Below are positions 51,626 through 64,000 of a DNA stretch of 64,000 nt, in pieces (positions within the stretch are counted from its first letter, which is position 1; the number at the start of each line of letters is the position of its first letter). The notes under the pieces are model-generated. The model saw only the letters and a program-made list of their open reading frames with translations. It ran no database searches and was not told where the DNA came from. Source of the DNA: Octopus vulgaris (lineage: Eukaryota); NCBI GenBank assembly GCA_951406725.2, contig OX597819.1, positions 41,974,001 through 42,038,000 of the forward strand, read 5' to 3'. The translations under genes and the position numbers were made by a program.

Positions 51626-53273
51626 GAATATATTTTGTAGCTGCTCGTATTCTATTATTCTACTATTTTATTCTATTATTCTGCCAGATGCTGTGGCCAT
51701 GCTAGGGCACCAGCATTAATAAAAGAAAGGTTCAGATGAAGAATAATCTGAATTTAGTTATGGAGTTGCTCTACATGTAGCCATAGACTACTTTCAACCA
51801 ACAAGCCAATACAGGGGTCATTCCAATCACAGTGTCTGATGAACCACTCCCCTATCACAGAGACATTTATCTAGGAAATTATCGACACAAACTTTGTCTT
51901 GGATCTTCTCAATAATGACTGAAGCAACTGAAGTACCTGGATGTTATCCCTTAAAATGAGTTCACACCTGTTAACTATTTGTATGTATCTGCTACTAAGA
52001 AGTCTTAGCAAGAAAGATAACAGAACTCTCTCAACTGGAGTTGGCCATACTTGCTCAATGTACAGAAAAAGAGTAGCTAGAAATTAGAAATTACATACAA
52101 TACATTCATTATGAACAATGAATGCACAAAATATATAGAGGGGCCACAGGTAAGCTGACAAAAGAGAAACACTTTATATATAGCAGATGCACAAGTGCAG
52201 CTAAGAGCATTCGTGATGAAAATTCTTTCAATCTTCAAGAAAGCTCCCTAGAAGTAGCTGACAGCATAAAGGCAAAGTGAAAAAAGTTCAAGGAGCTACT
52301 ACCTTTGATAGCAACAAAGGGATTCTCCCTCTCTCTCTCTCTCTGAGTAGGAATATCCTGTATGATGTTAGTGTATAAGGTGCAATGTCTCATGCTAGTT
52401 TAACATGAAACAATGCATATAAAATATACAGCAACCTTGTTCAACTGCCAGGTTGGTCCAGTTGGCTGGCAGTATGAACAGCAGGGTAGTAGAAAGGGGT
52501 TAAATGTGTTAAAATGGGCAAGAACTCCTGAAATATGACATATATGCCTATTACCATATTTTCATCTTCGATCTCATTGTTTGCTTACATCTGATGTCTT
52601 GGATACGAAATGTCATAACAAAAGCCAACGTTGGCTATAATTTCTATAGAATATCTATAGAGATAACCTTAACAAGTGATGTAAAGCACACTGCTAAAAC
52701 AGTAGAACACAGCATTAACTTGAACAGTGGGATTAAGGGCAGGGTTAATAAATGCAATATAAAGGTAAGGGGAGATTGTAAAGAAGAGGTAGAAGTAGCA
52801 GTGGGGTACAGAGTTAAGGAAACACAACTGACTACAAATATCCTTGGTAGTTAACTGACTTATATTAATGAATATTCTGACAATAGATCTAAGATGGGCA
52901 ATTAACAAAAAAATCAGGAGTTCAGAACTGTTCTAGCTATTACCTCTATTTTAAAGTATAGCACTCCACTTAGATGTGAATAGAAGTGGTTGGTAGTAAC
53001 CAAACAGCTATGAAACATATAATTTCTATAATGATCCTTTTGTAAGATATGGAAATTTTCAAGAGCACCCAATCATTCTCACAAATGAAAACAGTTATAG
53101 TCCGCAAGCTACATAGGCACTTTATAGCTTGAGATCATCCTTTTTTTGTTTTTATCATTTATATGAAAGATATATACAACCAGTATACAACAATTTTCCA
53201 TCAGTATCAAGTCATCACATGCTTGACCATATTATTAGTCCTACAAACAACTTTGATACATTTTATAATTTAA

Positions 53274-54357
53274 CCCTTTCGTTACCAAACCGCCCAAAAC
53301 CGCCCGAAAAAAATTTTGGTTTATGAGACCAAACCGCCCAAAGCCGCCCGTATTTACCTATTCATATTTAAATGAGAATATCAGAGCAAATCTCTTCAGT
53401 ACATTCGTGAAAACACGTATTATACTTCGTAAACAGTTCAACTACAGTTTTGTACAATAATCGAAGTGTAATTTTAATTCCGTGAATTTTGGGAGATTTT
53501 TTTCCGAAATTTGTTCCTATTGTGTTTTCAAAATTTGTAATTCTGACAAAAAATGGATACGAATTTCATTATATCAAGCAGCGAGTCAGAATTCGAAGGA
53601 TTTTCTACTGAAGACCTTCATAAATCTAACTCTATGACTGAAAAAAAAAAGCATGTGGTATTTGATAATGAATCTGATGTTTCATTTTCCGAAAGTGAAA
53701 ACAGTGAATCTGAGATCTCCGATAGCGATAAAGAAAACGAATTGGCACCTGAATGGAGTGAAAATTTAAAAACTGTTTCTTTCGGTGATTTTTCTGAAGA
53801 AACTGGACCAAGCCACAGACTTTCCCAGAAGGGTAAAGCCTTAGACTATTTCTTTTTACTTTTTCGAATGAGCCTATTTGAAATCATTACGGCAGAAACG
53901 AACCGTTACGCTAAACGTAAACAAAGCGAAAGAAACGATAGTTTGTGGTTTCCCACAACCTTAAATGAAATTAAGACTATTTTGCCATAAATATTATTAT
54001 GGGTATCAGAAAGTTACCCAGAATAACAAATTCTATCGTAAAATTTTGTTGTATACCCAATTGAATATTAAGCTAATAACCCATTTTCTATAGCGATGTT
54101 TGAACAAAATTTTAATTTTATATTTTGTTGAATTTACCTGTATCTACCTGCAATTAGAGTCACTTTGTGACAAAAATTATAGTATAGAATTGGTTGAGAA
54201 TATTTCATTAAATTATCTTCCAAAAATCAGATTAATATATTGATACATAAAAAAGTTATTGTTGTTTAATGAAACCAGACTAAATTTATGATTACGTTAG
54301 AAATTAATTGAAACACATAAGGGGTGTAATTTGGTCAGAAATATAGTAACGAAAGGG
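53274..54357 (+). mobile_element. Internally deleted piggyBac element
   Basis: TTAA|CCCTTTCGTTAC ... GTAACGAAAGGG|TTAA; duplicated subterminal ACCAAACCGCCCAAA motif; transposase N-terminal ORF inside. Confidence 0.93.
53553..53990 (+). pseudogene. Truncated piggyBac transposase N-terminus (145 aa)
   Basis: Acidic S/E/D-rich leader, DYFFLLF...IITAETNRYA...WFPTTLNEIK, frameshifted continuation MGIRKLP. Confidence 0.85.
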
Positions 54358-54580
54358 TTAAGGTGTTTTAATAGACAGTAAATGTAATCATTATCATTAT
54401 GTAACTAAATGTAAACAAGAGGGTAAAAAACCATATATATTTATTAAAATCTAATTATATTTTAAAATCTAATCCAATGGCAATTTATTGGGAAGGATTT
54501 CAGATGTTATTTTTTCCCCATCATCTAAATCATAATATACATATTAAAAAAAGATAATGAAGATTATTTTACAAGCAAAC

Positions 54581-54770
54581 CTTTTAACAGCTATCAACTG
54601 ATCCTCTGTGTAATCATCAGGTGACTTTCCAGAGTGGCCTGAGCCACCTTTCTCTGAGCGATTGTTATTCCTGGTAGCTTTATCTTTGTGTACATTGTTG
54701 TCTGCACCATCACCACTTTGTCTGCGACCAGCAGTGCTACCATTTAATTTGCTCAGCTTCTCCATAAGGT
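54581..54770 (-). CDS. DNAJB12: DNAJB12/14 exon 2 (LMEKLSKLNG...DYTEDQLIAVKR)
   Basis: ttttttatttattttgcag-type acceptor, AG|GTTTGC donor; YT.DQ..AVKR precedes the J-domain in this family. Confidence 0.9.
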
Positions 54771-57700
54771 CTGCAAAATAAATAAAAAGAACATTATAGA
54801 TATATGCAGGTCAAAGATGTTTGCCTCTAACTGATATCACAACCTGCTAGAGACAACATCTAAATCTTCCTCAATACACATCTTACCATCATGCATTAAG
54901 ACTTTAGATAATGTAGTCTAACATCCTTAAAAAAAACCCAGAATAGTCATGATTGGTATGCTGTTATCATGGGTCTACTTAATCTGAGTAAACCTGAAAT
55001 TAAACAGTAACAGCAAACTATTTCTCTCTCTGACACAAGTAGACTGTATAAAAGAAATGTGTAAGATGGGTACAAGATATAGAAGATCTACAGAAGCTGG
55101 AGAAAAATGAGGGAAACATGACCCATTATATATGTAATATAAGGTGAGTGCAAAATTAATTGCAAGGTTTTGCAATTTTAAATGTTGGTGCTCCTTTTCA
55201 AATCTATTTTAATGTTCATGTAATATACCATTTTTAAGTGCAGATTTTGGTCTTAACCCAAACTGTACGGCCAGATAAAACTAATTTTTAATAATCTTAA
55301 AAATATGAACGGTGCAAAACCAAACTTTTGTATTAAGAAACAACTTGATGTTTTTACAAGTTCTTTTTATCATACATAAACAAAGTTTATTAGCTGTAGA
55401 TTGATCAACCTGTTACTTATGTTCAGTCTTGGTATTCTTATTATAAACCTATCCAACTTTTCTAACACCTCTCTGGATTACACATGGCTATAGCAATAGA
55501 AAAGTTTACACGCTTATGCAAAGGCTCCAAATATCAACACAAAAGTTCATGAAAACTGTGCCACTGTTCATTTAAGTTCTGACTACAAGTACTTCAGTCA
55601 AGTAGATATGCAACTGTATAATGTAAATCTAAAAAGGGCCAAATACAATGCCAATTAAAAACAAATAGCGAAACCAAAGCTAACTCAAAAAGCCCATAGT
55701 GATGAATACAAGGCAAAGTGAAATTTACTGAATGAGATGAAGCAAATGAATGTTGCATGGTAAGAGAATCATTTGCAAATAAACCTCAACAGCTTAGCAG
55801 TAATGTATAAAAGTTTTGAACTACAAGCATTTACACTTCTTCAAACGTCCAGTGAATTTAAGGTAGCAGATTAAAAAAATTAAGAGACAGTGTTGAAGAC
55901 TTACTGACAGAAGTAAATCTGTTTTCAAAAATGGTTTACATAAAAAAAAATCATCTTTTAAGACTTATTTATATTTGTAGAGGTGTTAAGTAAGATGAAT
56001 TTCATAAGTGCTTTTCTGTGAATTGCATTAGCTTGTTAGAATCAATTCTACTATATTCCTAACTCTCCTTGGTCCATGTTTATGTTTTTAATTTTCAGTT
56101 TGTGCTTAACTGTACACAGAGCCACTGTTAGAGTTTTTCCATGAGGTGGAGTGTAGGGAATCCCTTGTTCAATTCTTCTTCCTTTTTGAAGTAAAGAGAG
56201 AAATGTTACAATTACTTGCTTGTAACATCACTTCACAATGTGTGTGTGCTTGGTGAGAGAGAGAGAGAGAAAAAGAAACCCCTTACCCTGCAAAGTTGAG
56301 CTCAATAAGATTTAAGCTGGAACAAATACCATTAGGCATTTTATCTGAGGATTTAACAACTCTGTCAAATCACTGCCCATTGTATATCATTGCTAACACA
56401 ACATTTGTCAGTTTATTAAACAGGTGTATAAAATCACTACACTATTTTAAATCTGAGCTTTTAAATCAAATCCACTGGTTTACTGCACTAAAACTGCAAA
56501 AAACTGTAATGGAAACAAACCTAGAAATTATAAAATGCATGCATGGTATTAAAATGGTGAACATAAAAAGATATCTAAAATGAATCTTTCAATATCACTT
56601 GGCACAGCTAGACCAATAAAGATCATAGTAATAAGTGATATTAGTCAGAAGTTATGAAAGAGTACTAAGAAAACCAATAAGGTTTAACACTGCTGCTACA
56701 GGTTGGGGTGGCAGATGATACACATAAGTGGTTTGCTAACTGGATATTCATTTCCATATGTAAAAGAAACAAGAAGTGAAAAATGCTTTTTTGTTTCAAG
56801 TGACATTCAAATAAACGTTAGATTTATACATTCAAATTTAATTTTAATATCTATTCTGTAACTACATGTAAGCAGTTTCTGCATGTTTGTACTTCATCAG
56901 TGTACAGAAGAATGCGTTCAACTTGTTGCTAATTTCTAGTGGTATATTCAGATCACTGCCTACATTTTAGTGAGAGAGAAAGAGGTAAAAAGGAAGAGAT
57001 AGAGTCATACACAATAGATAGATAAGAATAATGTTGAGAGGAATAACTTATTGCTCCAAGTTTCTAAATAACAGACAGCTGGGATGTATTTGATCATAGC
57101 CCTGTGCAATTAGGGTTGATCTGGAGTTGAACAACAATCAAAGAAATTATTACTTTACTTTATACAGGAAACAATCTATATAGCATCAGAAATGTGATAG
57201 TGCATAGTAGTGGCATATGAGATACTGTGAATGGATAGGAACAAGTATAAACCACTGGATTTTATGATTCATACAATGGTGTTGAGTTCAATTGGCACAG
57301 GCTAAATTCAAAGTCAAATCAAAGAAAACTGAAGGTCATATGGTTAAATCTGATCCAAAACAGTTAAACCTTGCAGAAAAATCTATAAATAATATAGAAG
57401 CCTATGGTAAGATAAGGCTGTTTTACATAGTTATTTATGCCAGATTGGAGAAGTGATGGTGACTATGCTGTTGCTGGTGAAAGTGAAATATTCATGAGGT
57501 CATTTAAAAAACAAACCAAAAAACAAAACAACAAACTTCAGTTTAATTTTGATAGAGTTGCACATTAATCAAAACAAAAAAAATATGAACCTGTAAATCT
57601 ATTTCATTACTACTCTAAAATACAAGATCAAACAATTCAAATTTTCATTAGAACTAACTGAATAAAGAATACCAAGATCATTTCAAAGTAAAAATGAGGA

Positions 57701-59424
57701 GCAAAAAAAACTGTTTCTATAAACATCACAACCATAACGATGAGCACAAAAAAAGATGCCATTTGGCTATTTGTGTATATATACAAAAAAAAAAAAAATA
57801 CAGGTGTTCTTAGAACTACCGCTATGAAAACCAATTATATAATGCAAAACTACGAGCTGAGGTCTTTTCCTCTGAGAATGAGTAGAAGAAGGAATTGGAT
57901 CATACAGTGATCGGTTTCAAGGAACATTATTTTTGAGGAATTAACAGTTAAAGAGTATTCTTTTATCTTGAAAATGCTCGAGTTAACAGCAATAAATATG
58001 TAACAAACAGTGAACAAAAACTTGGCTGCTTAACCAAACAAGGTCAAACCCTATCTTAGTAAAAATAAAAGCACATTACTGTCAGTCCCCCTTAGATGAT
58101 ACTGTATATCAGAGAGATACTATTACAATTCAACAGGGCAAACCAATTGATATTTACTGTCATGCCCAGTTAGTAGTCTTTCATAAGTCCATAGGCCTCC
58201 CAGTTCAGCTAACACAAGTGTGTGTGTGTATATATATATATACATGCATGCTTACGCACACTACTATTGAGAACCATCTATTATCATAATCTAGCAGGTT
58301 GAACAGATGATAACAATTACACAACAAAATATCTTTTTTAAATACACTTTCTTCAGACAGCCAAGTAAGCTTAAAACTTTATGAAAATACCAACAAAATT
58401 AGACTGGATCAACAACAGGAGTTAATATAGGATTTAGTTACCAAGGATAAAATGGTCAAACTTATAATAATAAAAAAAAAAAGGGGTTTTACAACATTGT
58501 ATCATAATCATCATCAATGTATATCACTCAACATATTTTTGGTTTTACAGTAGTGTCTATTTCATTGTGGATCATAATCAAGTTCATTCTCAGATTGATG
58601 AATAACATTCAGGCATGGAAATTAGAAATAAATATAAACTGCATTTGCCATAGTTTAAGCACTTTAGCATTCAGATTACTCTGTCAAATATAATGCTTTA
58701 TTCAGTTTTAAATAAACCATGCATTTCGTTGTAGTTTTCAAGATTTTGATGATGTGATTGTTTACTCTTAGAATGACAATGGAATATAGGTGTGAGAAGC
58801 CGGATCTAACCAGTTTGTACTTAAAGCTGGAGGAATATTTGGGCTGGATATGGCCGATTTAAATACTTAAAGGGTTAATCCATTGTACAATGACCATTGG
58901 CATTACATAAAATCAGAAATAAGCCAGTGTTGTGACAAGGTAAATAATACTACCTAAACACTATACTCCCACATTAGGATGGAGTAACATTATTCGTGAT
59001 GAAAGAACACTTATTGGTCTGTGTCCCTGAAACATGTGATTTAGTCTACAATACAAGGATGGAGAAGTGCATCAAAGAAATGGAATCTATGCATATTGTA
59101 AACTTCAAATCTATATTAAAAAAAACAAATTATATCAGTCTTCAAAATTGATACCCTTTGAAACTTGTCACTGATGCCATAATTCACAAACTCAATTAAG
59201 ACATTGGCCGCTTTAACTCAAAGTGTCATCATAGCAACCAAGTAAATAGATGCTGATAAATCAGCTAAACTATGATAGCTTGCTTAAATAGAGTTACTCT
59301 TAATACATATGTGTTTCTATTTTAAAAAAAAAACAGTTGAAAAAAAAAAAGATTTATAAGGCCTCTTTGAAGTTTTGTTGAATTCAACTTAATTCAGTAA
59401 ATAGTTAGCCCATATTACTCCATG

Positions 59425-59643
59425 AGAAGCATAGGGTCGGTTTCCCAGTTTCTCTGGTGTATTCTTCCCTAGATGGGATGCTGGTCCATTGCAGGATTAT
59501 TCATTTTTACCAGCTGAGTGGATTGGAGCAGTGTGTTTTGAAGGGTTTTGATCAAGAACACAATGCACTGCTCAGTCCAAGAATCATAACTACATTCTTA
59601 CAATCAGGAGCCCAACACCCTAGTCACTAAGCCATGTGCCTCT
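59425..59643 (-). mobile_element. tRNA-derived SINE (family B-related)
   Basis: Minus-strand head GGCACATGGCTTAGTGACTAGGGTGTTGGGCTC. Confidence 0.6.
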
Positions 59644-60744
59644 ACTAATTCAATAAAAAGTTTGTAGAAATTAATAATGGACTATATCCAGATAACAAAG
59701 TAGTAGTTAATAGAATAGGACAGAAGCTTATTTTATAAATTTGGAATACCATAAAGATCTGTAGAAATCTCCCCAGTTCCTTAAAAAGAGTTATGTGAAG
59801 TACCCCTGCTGACAAGAGATCAGTGTCCAAGGCAAAATTTTATATCAGCATCATCATTTTAACATTCACTTTTTCATGCTTGCATAGAGTTTCTGGAAGC
59901 AGATTTTCCACAGCCAGATGGCCTTCAGTAACCAACCCTTATCTGTTTTCAATATAGCAGTATTTTTTTCATGGCCAGACATGCTTTCACAGAATATTGG
60001 AAATGAATGATATGCATTTACAACAATCATGTGATGTTTAGACAAAGTGACAGAAACATGTGCAAACTTACACGCACATACATATAATATATACACACAC
60101 ATGAGAGGCTTCTTTCAGTTTCCATCTACTAAATCCACTTACAAAGATTTGCTTCGCCCAGGATTACAGTAGAAGATACTTGCTCAAGGTGACATGCAAT
60201 GGGACTGAACCCAAAACCATGTGATTGGGAAGAAAACTTCTTAATCCCACTGCTAAATCTGTGTGTATATGTAAAAACAAAATGGATCAATGGTAACTTT
60301 CAAATACTGGAACAGGAATGAGATTAGATGATATTTTACATAAAAAATTATGTTCCCTTTGAAAGGTGCTTTTGAAATTGGTGTGAATGTTTCTTCTAAG
60401 CAAGATTCTATCAAATAGGAATCAATAAACTAAGTGATAAACTTTGGGTGGAGGTGATACAAAACCAATTGAAGAGTAAAATTCATGGTAGTTGCAATAT
60501 CAAAAAGCAGAGTAGGTCAGAGGTTACAGAGTGTTGGTGAGCAGCTTCATGTCAATTAGGCAGATAGCTCATTTTCTTCTTTTTAGTGTAATATGGTGGG
60601 GTTTTGTTGTGGCATCAGCACCATCCTAGATTTGGGAGTAGTATTCCATTGTGGCTCTCTTGTGTATGTAAGAAATAGCAATTGTTGGAAGCTGAAGTAC
60701 GAAGTGATATTAAAAGATTCCTAGACTAGTTACGTTTAATAAAA

Positions 60745-61552
60745 AATAACATTTACCTAAGTTTTTAACATCATCTCCTTCAAAATAGTTACCATACACA
60801 GCAATACATCAGTCCCAGGGTTCCTGCCACTTTTGGAATCAGGCCTGGAAGTCATTTTCCATAAGCAAGTCAAGGACCTGTGATTTGCTCTTGAACTCAA
60901 CAATGTGTTAAAATAGTGACCTTTGAGCTACATTTTCATCTGGGGGAAGAGATAGAAGTCTGCAAGCACTAAATTTCACAACTACAGCGGGTGCAGAAGT
61001 GATACCATGCTGTTTTTGGTGAAAAACTCATGAGTGAGGAGACCTTGGAGATAAGGTGCATTGTTGTCACAAAGAATCCAATTTTTTATGCTTCACAGAT
61101 CCGGTGGCTTTCACCAAATGTCCAACCTCAAATGCTTCAAAATGTTGCAGTAGAACTCTTGATTGATGGTCTGGCCCTAGGGGATGAATTCTTGATGCAC
61201 AACACACATTTCTGGGGGTGACACTCATGGCAGGTCTTCCAGACATTCTTTTGCTTTTGAAGCACCTGTGCCACTTGAAATATTGCTTACGACCCATTGC
61301 CTCATTGCTGTAAGCTTGCTGAAGCATGCTCAATATCTCTGTAGCAGACTTCTCAAGTTTAACACAAGATTTCACATTGGCTCTTTGTTCCTGTCCATTA
61401 CAAAAATTGAAGACTACAGCACACAGATGAACACAAAAATACAAATTTCACCACTTGCAAAGTAAACACTGCAATGTCACTCAGCATATTGCCTCATGAA
61501 GGTCACTGCCAGCTCTCACAACAGAACTAGTCTGGGAACTTTTTGACATCAC
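60745..61552 (-). mobile_element. Mariner relic (internally deleted)
   Basis: EQRANVKSCVKLEKSATEILSMLQQAY..MGRKQYFKWHRCF mariner HTH; terminal sequence shared with 62752. Confidence 0.8.
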
Positions 61553-61599
61553 TAGATTACTCTCTGGCTTTAAAGAGGAAAACTGGTGATTAGAATTGA

Positions 61600-62460
61600 G
61601 TCTTTTGTTTTGGTATGTTATGAGTATGTGACCATCAGTGAATGTGAGACTGATTATTTATAGTAACCTTGAGCATTTTCATTGCATGTCATCTATATTT
61701 TAGGGATGAGGTACATGAGCGTTTCTCTCTTGTGTGTGTAGTGATTGTGCTTTTGTGTCACTGACAGAAAGGATAGATGTGATATTACTGGTGAATGTTT
61801 CTGATGTTTCTGTTTATGAAATCAAATGCAGGTTTGCTGAGAAGTATTTAGATTTACATGTGAATGATACTTGTGAGTAAAAGATTAAGAAAGAGATAAT
61901 GGTCGTACCATCAGCAAGTGGGTGCTGCAGGAGATAATGCCAAGTAGGTCATTGATATATAAGAACAAGTGTAAGTCAAGGACAAGAACTTGGGTGCACC
62001 AGAGCATTAGAAAGAGTTTCACCAGTACATGCTATTCTGTGATTTGACAGGAAGTTTATGATCTGAAAGATGGACAGAGCCCATATGCAGGTAGTTTAGT
62101 TACTTGTGCATGCCAGAAACAGCTGAATGTTTTTCTGCCACCATGTGTAACAATAGTGTTTATGCCAAATTTCTCAAGGTTAAGAATCCAGTGTTGAAAA
62201 AGCAAGTCTCCAGGTTTTATGGAATCCATTCTGGTTACCACTGAGATAGGAAGGAGATGGATTCAAGGTATCAGAGAAAGTGGTTGCTAATGGTTATTAC
62301 CATCACTTTTGAGATGGTTAAAGTGGGAGAGATATTGAGGAGGCTTATTTTTAATATTTTTAAACTGAAGAATGACTGTACTAAATACTTTAATGAGAAA
62401 ATCTTATTGAATATTTTGATACATCACTTGCTCATCTATCACAAAAAAGGTTTCTAAAAT
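61600..62460 (-). mobile_element. Degenerate CR1/L2-type RT relic
   Basis: Minus strand around 61900-62000 resembles GVPQGSVL.PTLFLIYINDL..ADDT. Confidence 0.45.
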
Positions 62461-62751
62461 ATCACCCAAACCAAACATGTGCCATTGAAATTAAAATGGC
62501 CTAATAAATATATGGATACAAAGAGAAATCAACAAGGAGATGAAAGATAAAGCATTAAAGGGGAACACTTCAGGATTGTCTATTTCCAGGCAAATTCCAA
62601 TTCAGTATTTCAGATGTAACATCTTTGAAGACCCAACAGTCTCACACAATAAGGAATTTATTGTACATTTAACACTGTTTTTCTACTTCTCATAAGTAAA
62701 AGTAACTCAAGTTTGTTAATGCCAATGGAAGAGAATACCAAGCCTAACATA

Positions 62752-63530
62752 CGAGGTGGTGTCAAAAGTTTTCTGGACTAGTTCTGTAGGGTGCCAACAG
62801 ATGGCAGCATATGGTTGCATGTGCAGTGAGAGCTAGCAGCGACCTTCATGAGGTAGTGTGCCAAGTGACATCACTGCATTTACTTCACAAGCTGAGAAAT
62901 TTGTGTTTCGTATTCACGTGTGTGGTAGTCTGCGATTTTGTCATAGACAAGAACAAAGAGCCAACGTGAAATTTTGCATTAAACTAGGGAAGTCTGCTAC
63001 AGAGCAGAGACACTGAGCATGCTTTGGTAAGCTTACAACAACGAGGCAATGGGTCACACACACAATGTTTCAAGTGACACAGAAGAACATCCCTGGAAGA
63101 CAATAAGTGATATGGGAAGAACTGTCACGAGTGTCACCCATGGAAATGTGGCATTGTGCATTGAGAATTTGTCCCCCAGGGCCAGACTGTCAATCGAGAG
63201 TTCTACTGCAACGTTTTGAAGCGTTTGAGGGAGGACATTTGGTGAAAACAACTGGATCTGTGGAGCATGAAGAATCCAATTCTTCATGACAACAATGCAC
63301 TCTGTCACTGAGCTTTCTTCACTTGTGAGTTTCTTGTCAAAAACAATATGGTATCACACCTGCTTGATTTGCCAGATTTACCACCTGCGGACCTTCAGCT
63401 CTTTCCCAATGTGAAAATGCAACTCAAAGGTTGCTGTTTTAACATCATTGTCAAGATCTGGCGTGAATTGCAGATGGTCCTTGACTTGCTTATGGAAAGC
63501 AACTTCCTGGCTGGATTCCAAAAGTGGTTG
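62752..63530 (+). mobile_element. Mariner relic, same family as 60745-61552
   Basis: TA|CGAGGTGGTGTCAAAAGTT TIR; PDLPPADLQLFPNVKMQLKG (YSPDLAPSD.LF motif). Confidence 0.8.
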
Positions 63531-64000
63531 TCAAACAGTGATAGAGGAGGGGGACAAACACAGACACAAAGACACACAAATAAATACATACATATATGAT
63601 GAGCTTCTTTCAGTTTCTACCTATCAAATCTACTCACATGGCTTTGGTTAGCCAGTGGTTATAGTAGAAGACACTTGCCTAAGGTGCCAAGCATTTAAAT
63701 TAATAGTGTCCATATGACCCTTGAAAGTCCATATAGAATTTTGTTGTTAAAATTTATGTGCAATAAATCGATTACTCTTCTACAATACACAAAATATAAA
63801 AAATTTTTTTATACATTTCCTAATAATGTTTAATTCTAAAAATTCAAGAGGATCTTATAAACATCGAATGACTGTGGAGATCCGCCTTGAGAAAGAAAAA
63901 TCAAAGGAGTCCAAAGGTAAAGAGTGGTTGAGAATCACAGGTTCAAATGATCGATGAAATTTTTTATTTTATATTTTGCTATGATTTTGTAGTGTAGCTG

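Noticed and set aside
54771-64000. Search for DNAJB12/14 exon 1 and promoter
   Set aside because: No N-terminal M.GN.DE-type exon or CpG-rich promoter seen; probably outside the window

Overview
AT-rich, repeat-dense eukaryotic genomic DNA. The SINE/RTE families and microsatellite load point to an octopus (inference). The window holds eight coding exons of a minus-strand DNAJB12/DNAJB14-type ER-membrane J-domain co-chaperone gene: 54581-54770, 47632-47779, 45341-45475, 42194-42250, 38362-38426, 13820-13929, 12299-12462 and 11346-11458. Exon 1 appears to lie beyond base 64000. The J-domain exon has a reading-frame conflict in an A8 run. Downstream and convergent is a near full-length RTE LINE (~1.15-4.96 kb) with two frameshifts, one stop and a PHD-type finger after the RT core. 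The introns carry tRNA-derived SINEs, RTE 3' fragments, hAT and piggyBac MITEs, mariner, Helitron and CR1-like relics. The most notable non-coding content is: (i) several families of Penelope-type inverted-repeat elements carrying type I hammerhead ribozyme motifs, some nearly intact; (ii) a ~300-nt hairpin whose mismatches are strongly biased to G.U on + (A.C in the pre-mRNA); (iii) a locally templated inverted copy with a 46-bp target duplication that brackets the J-domain exon; (iv) candidate alternative exons in the 24-kb intron. All calls were made by eye, with no database searches.
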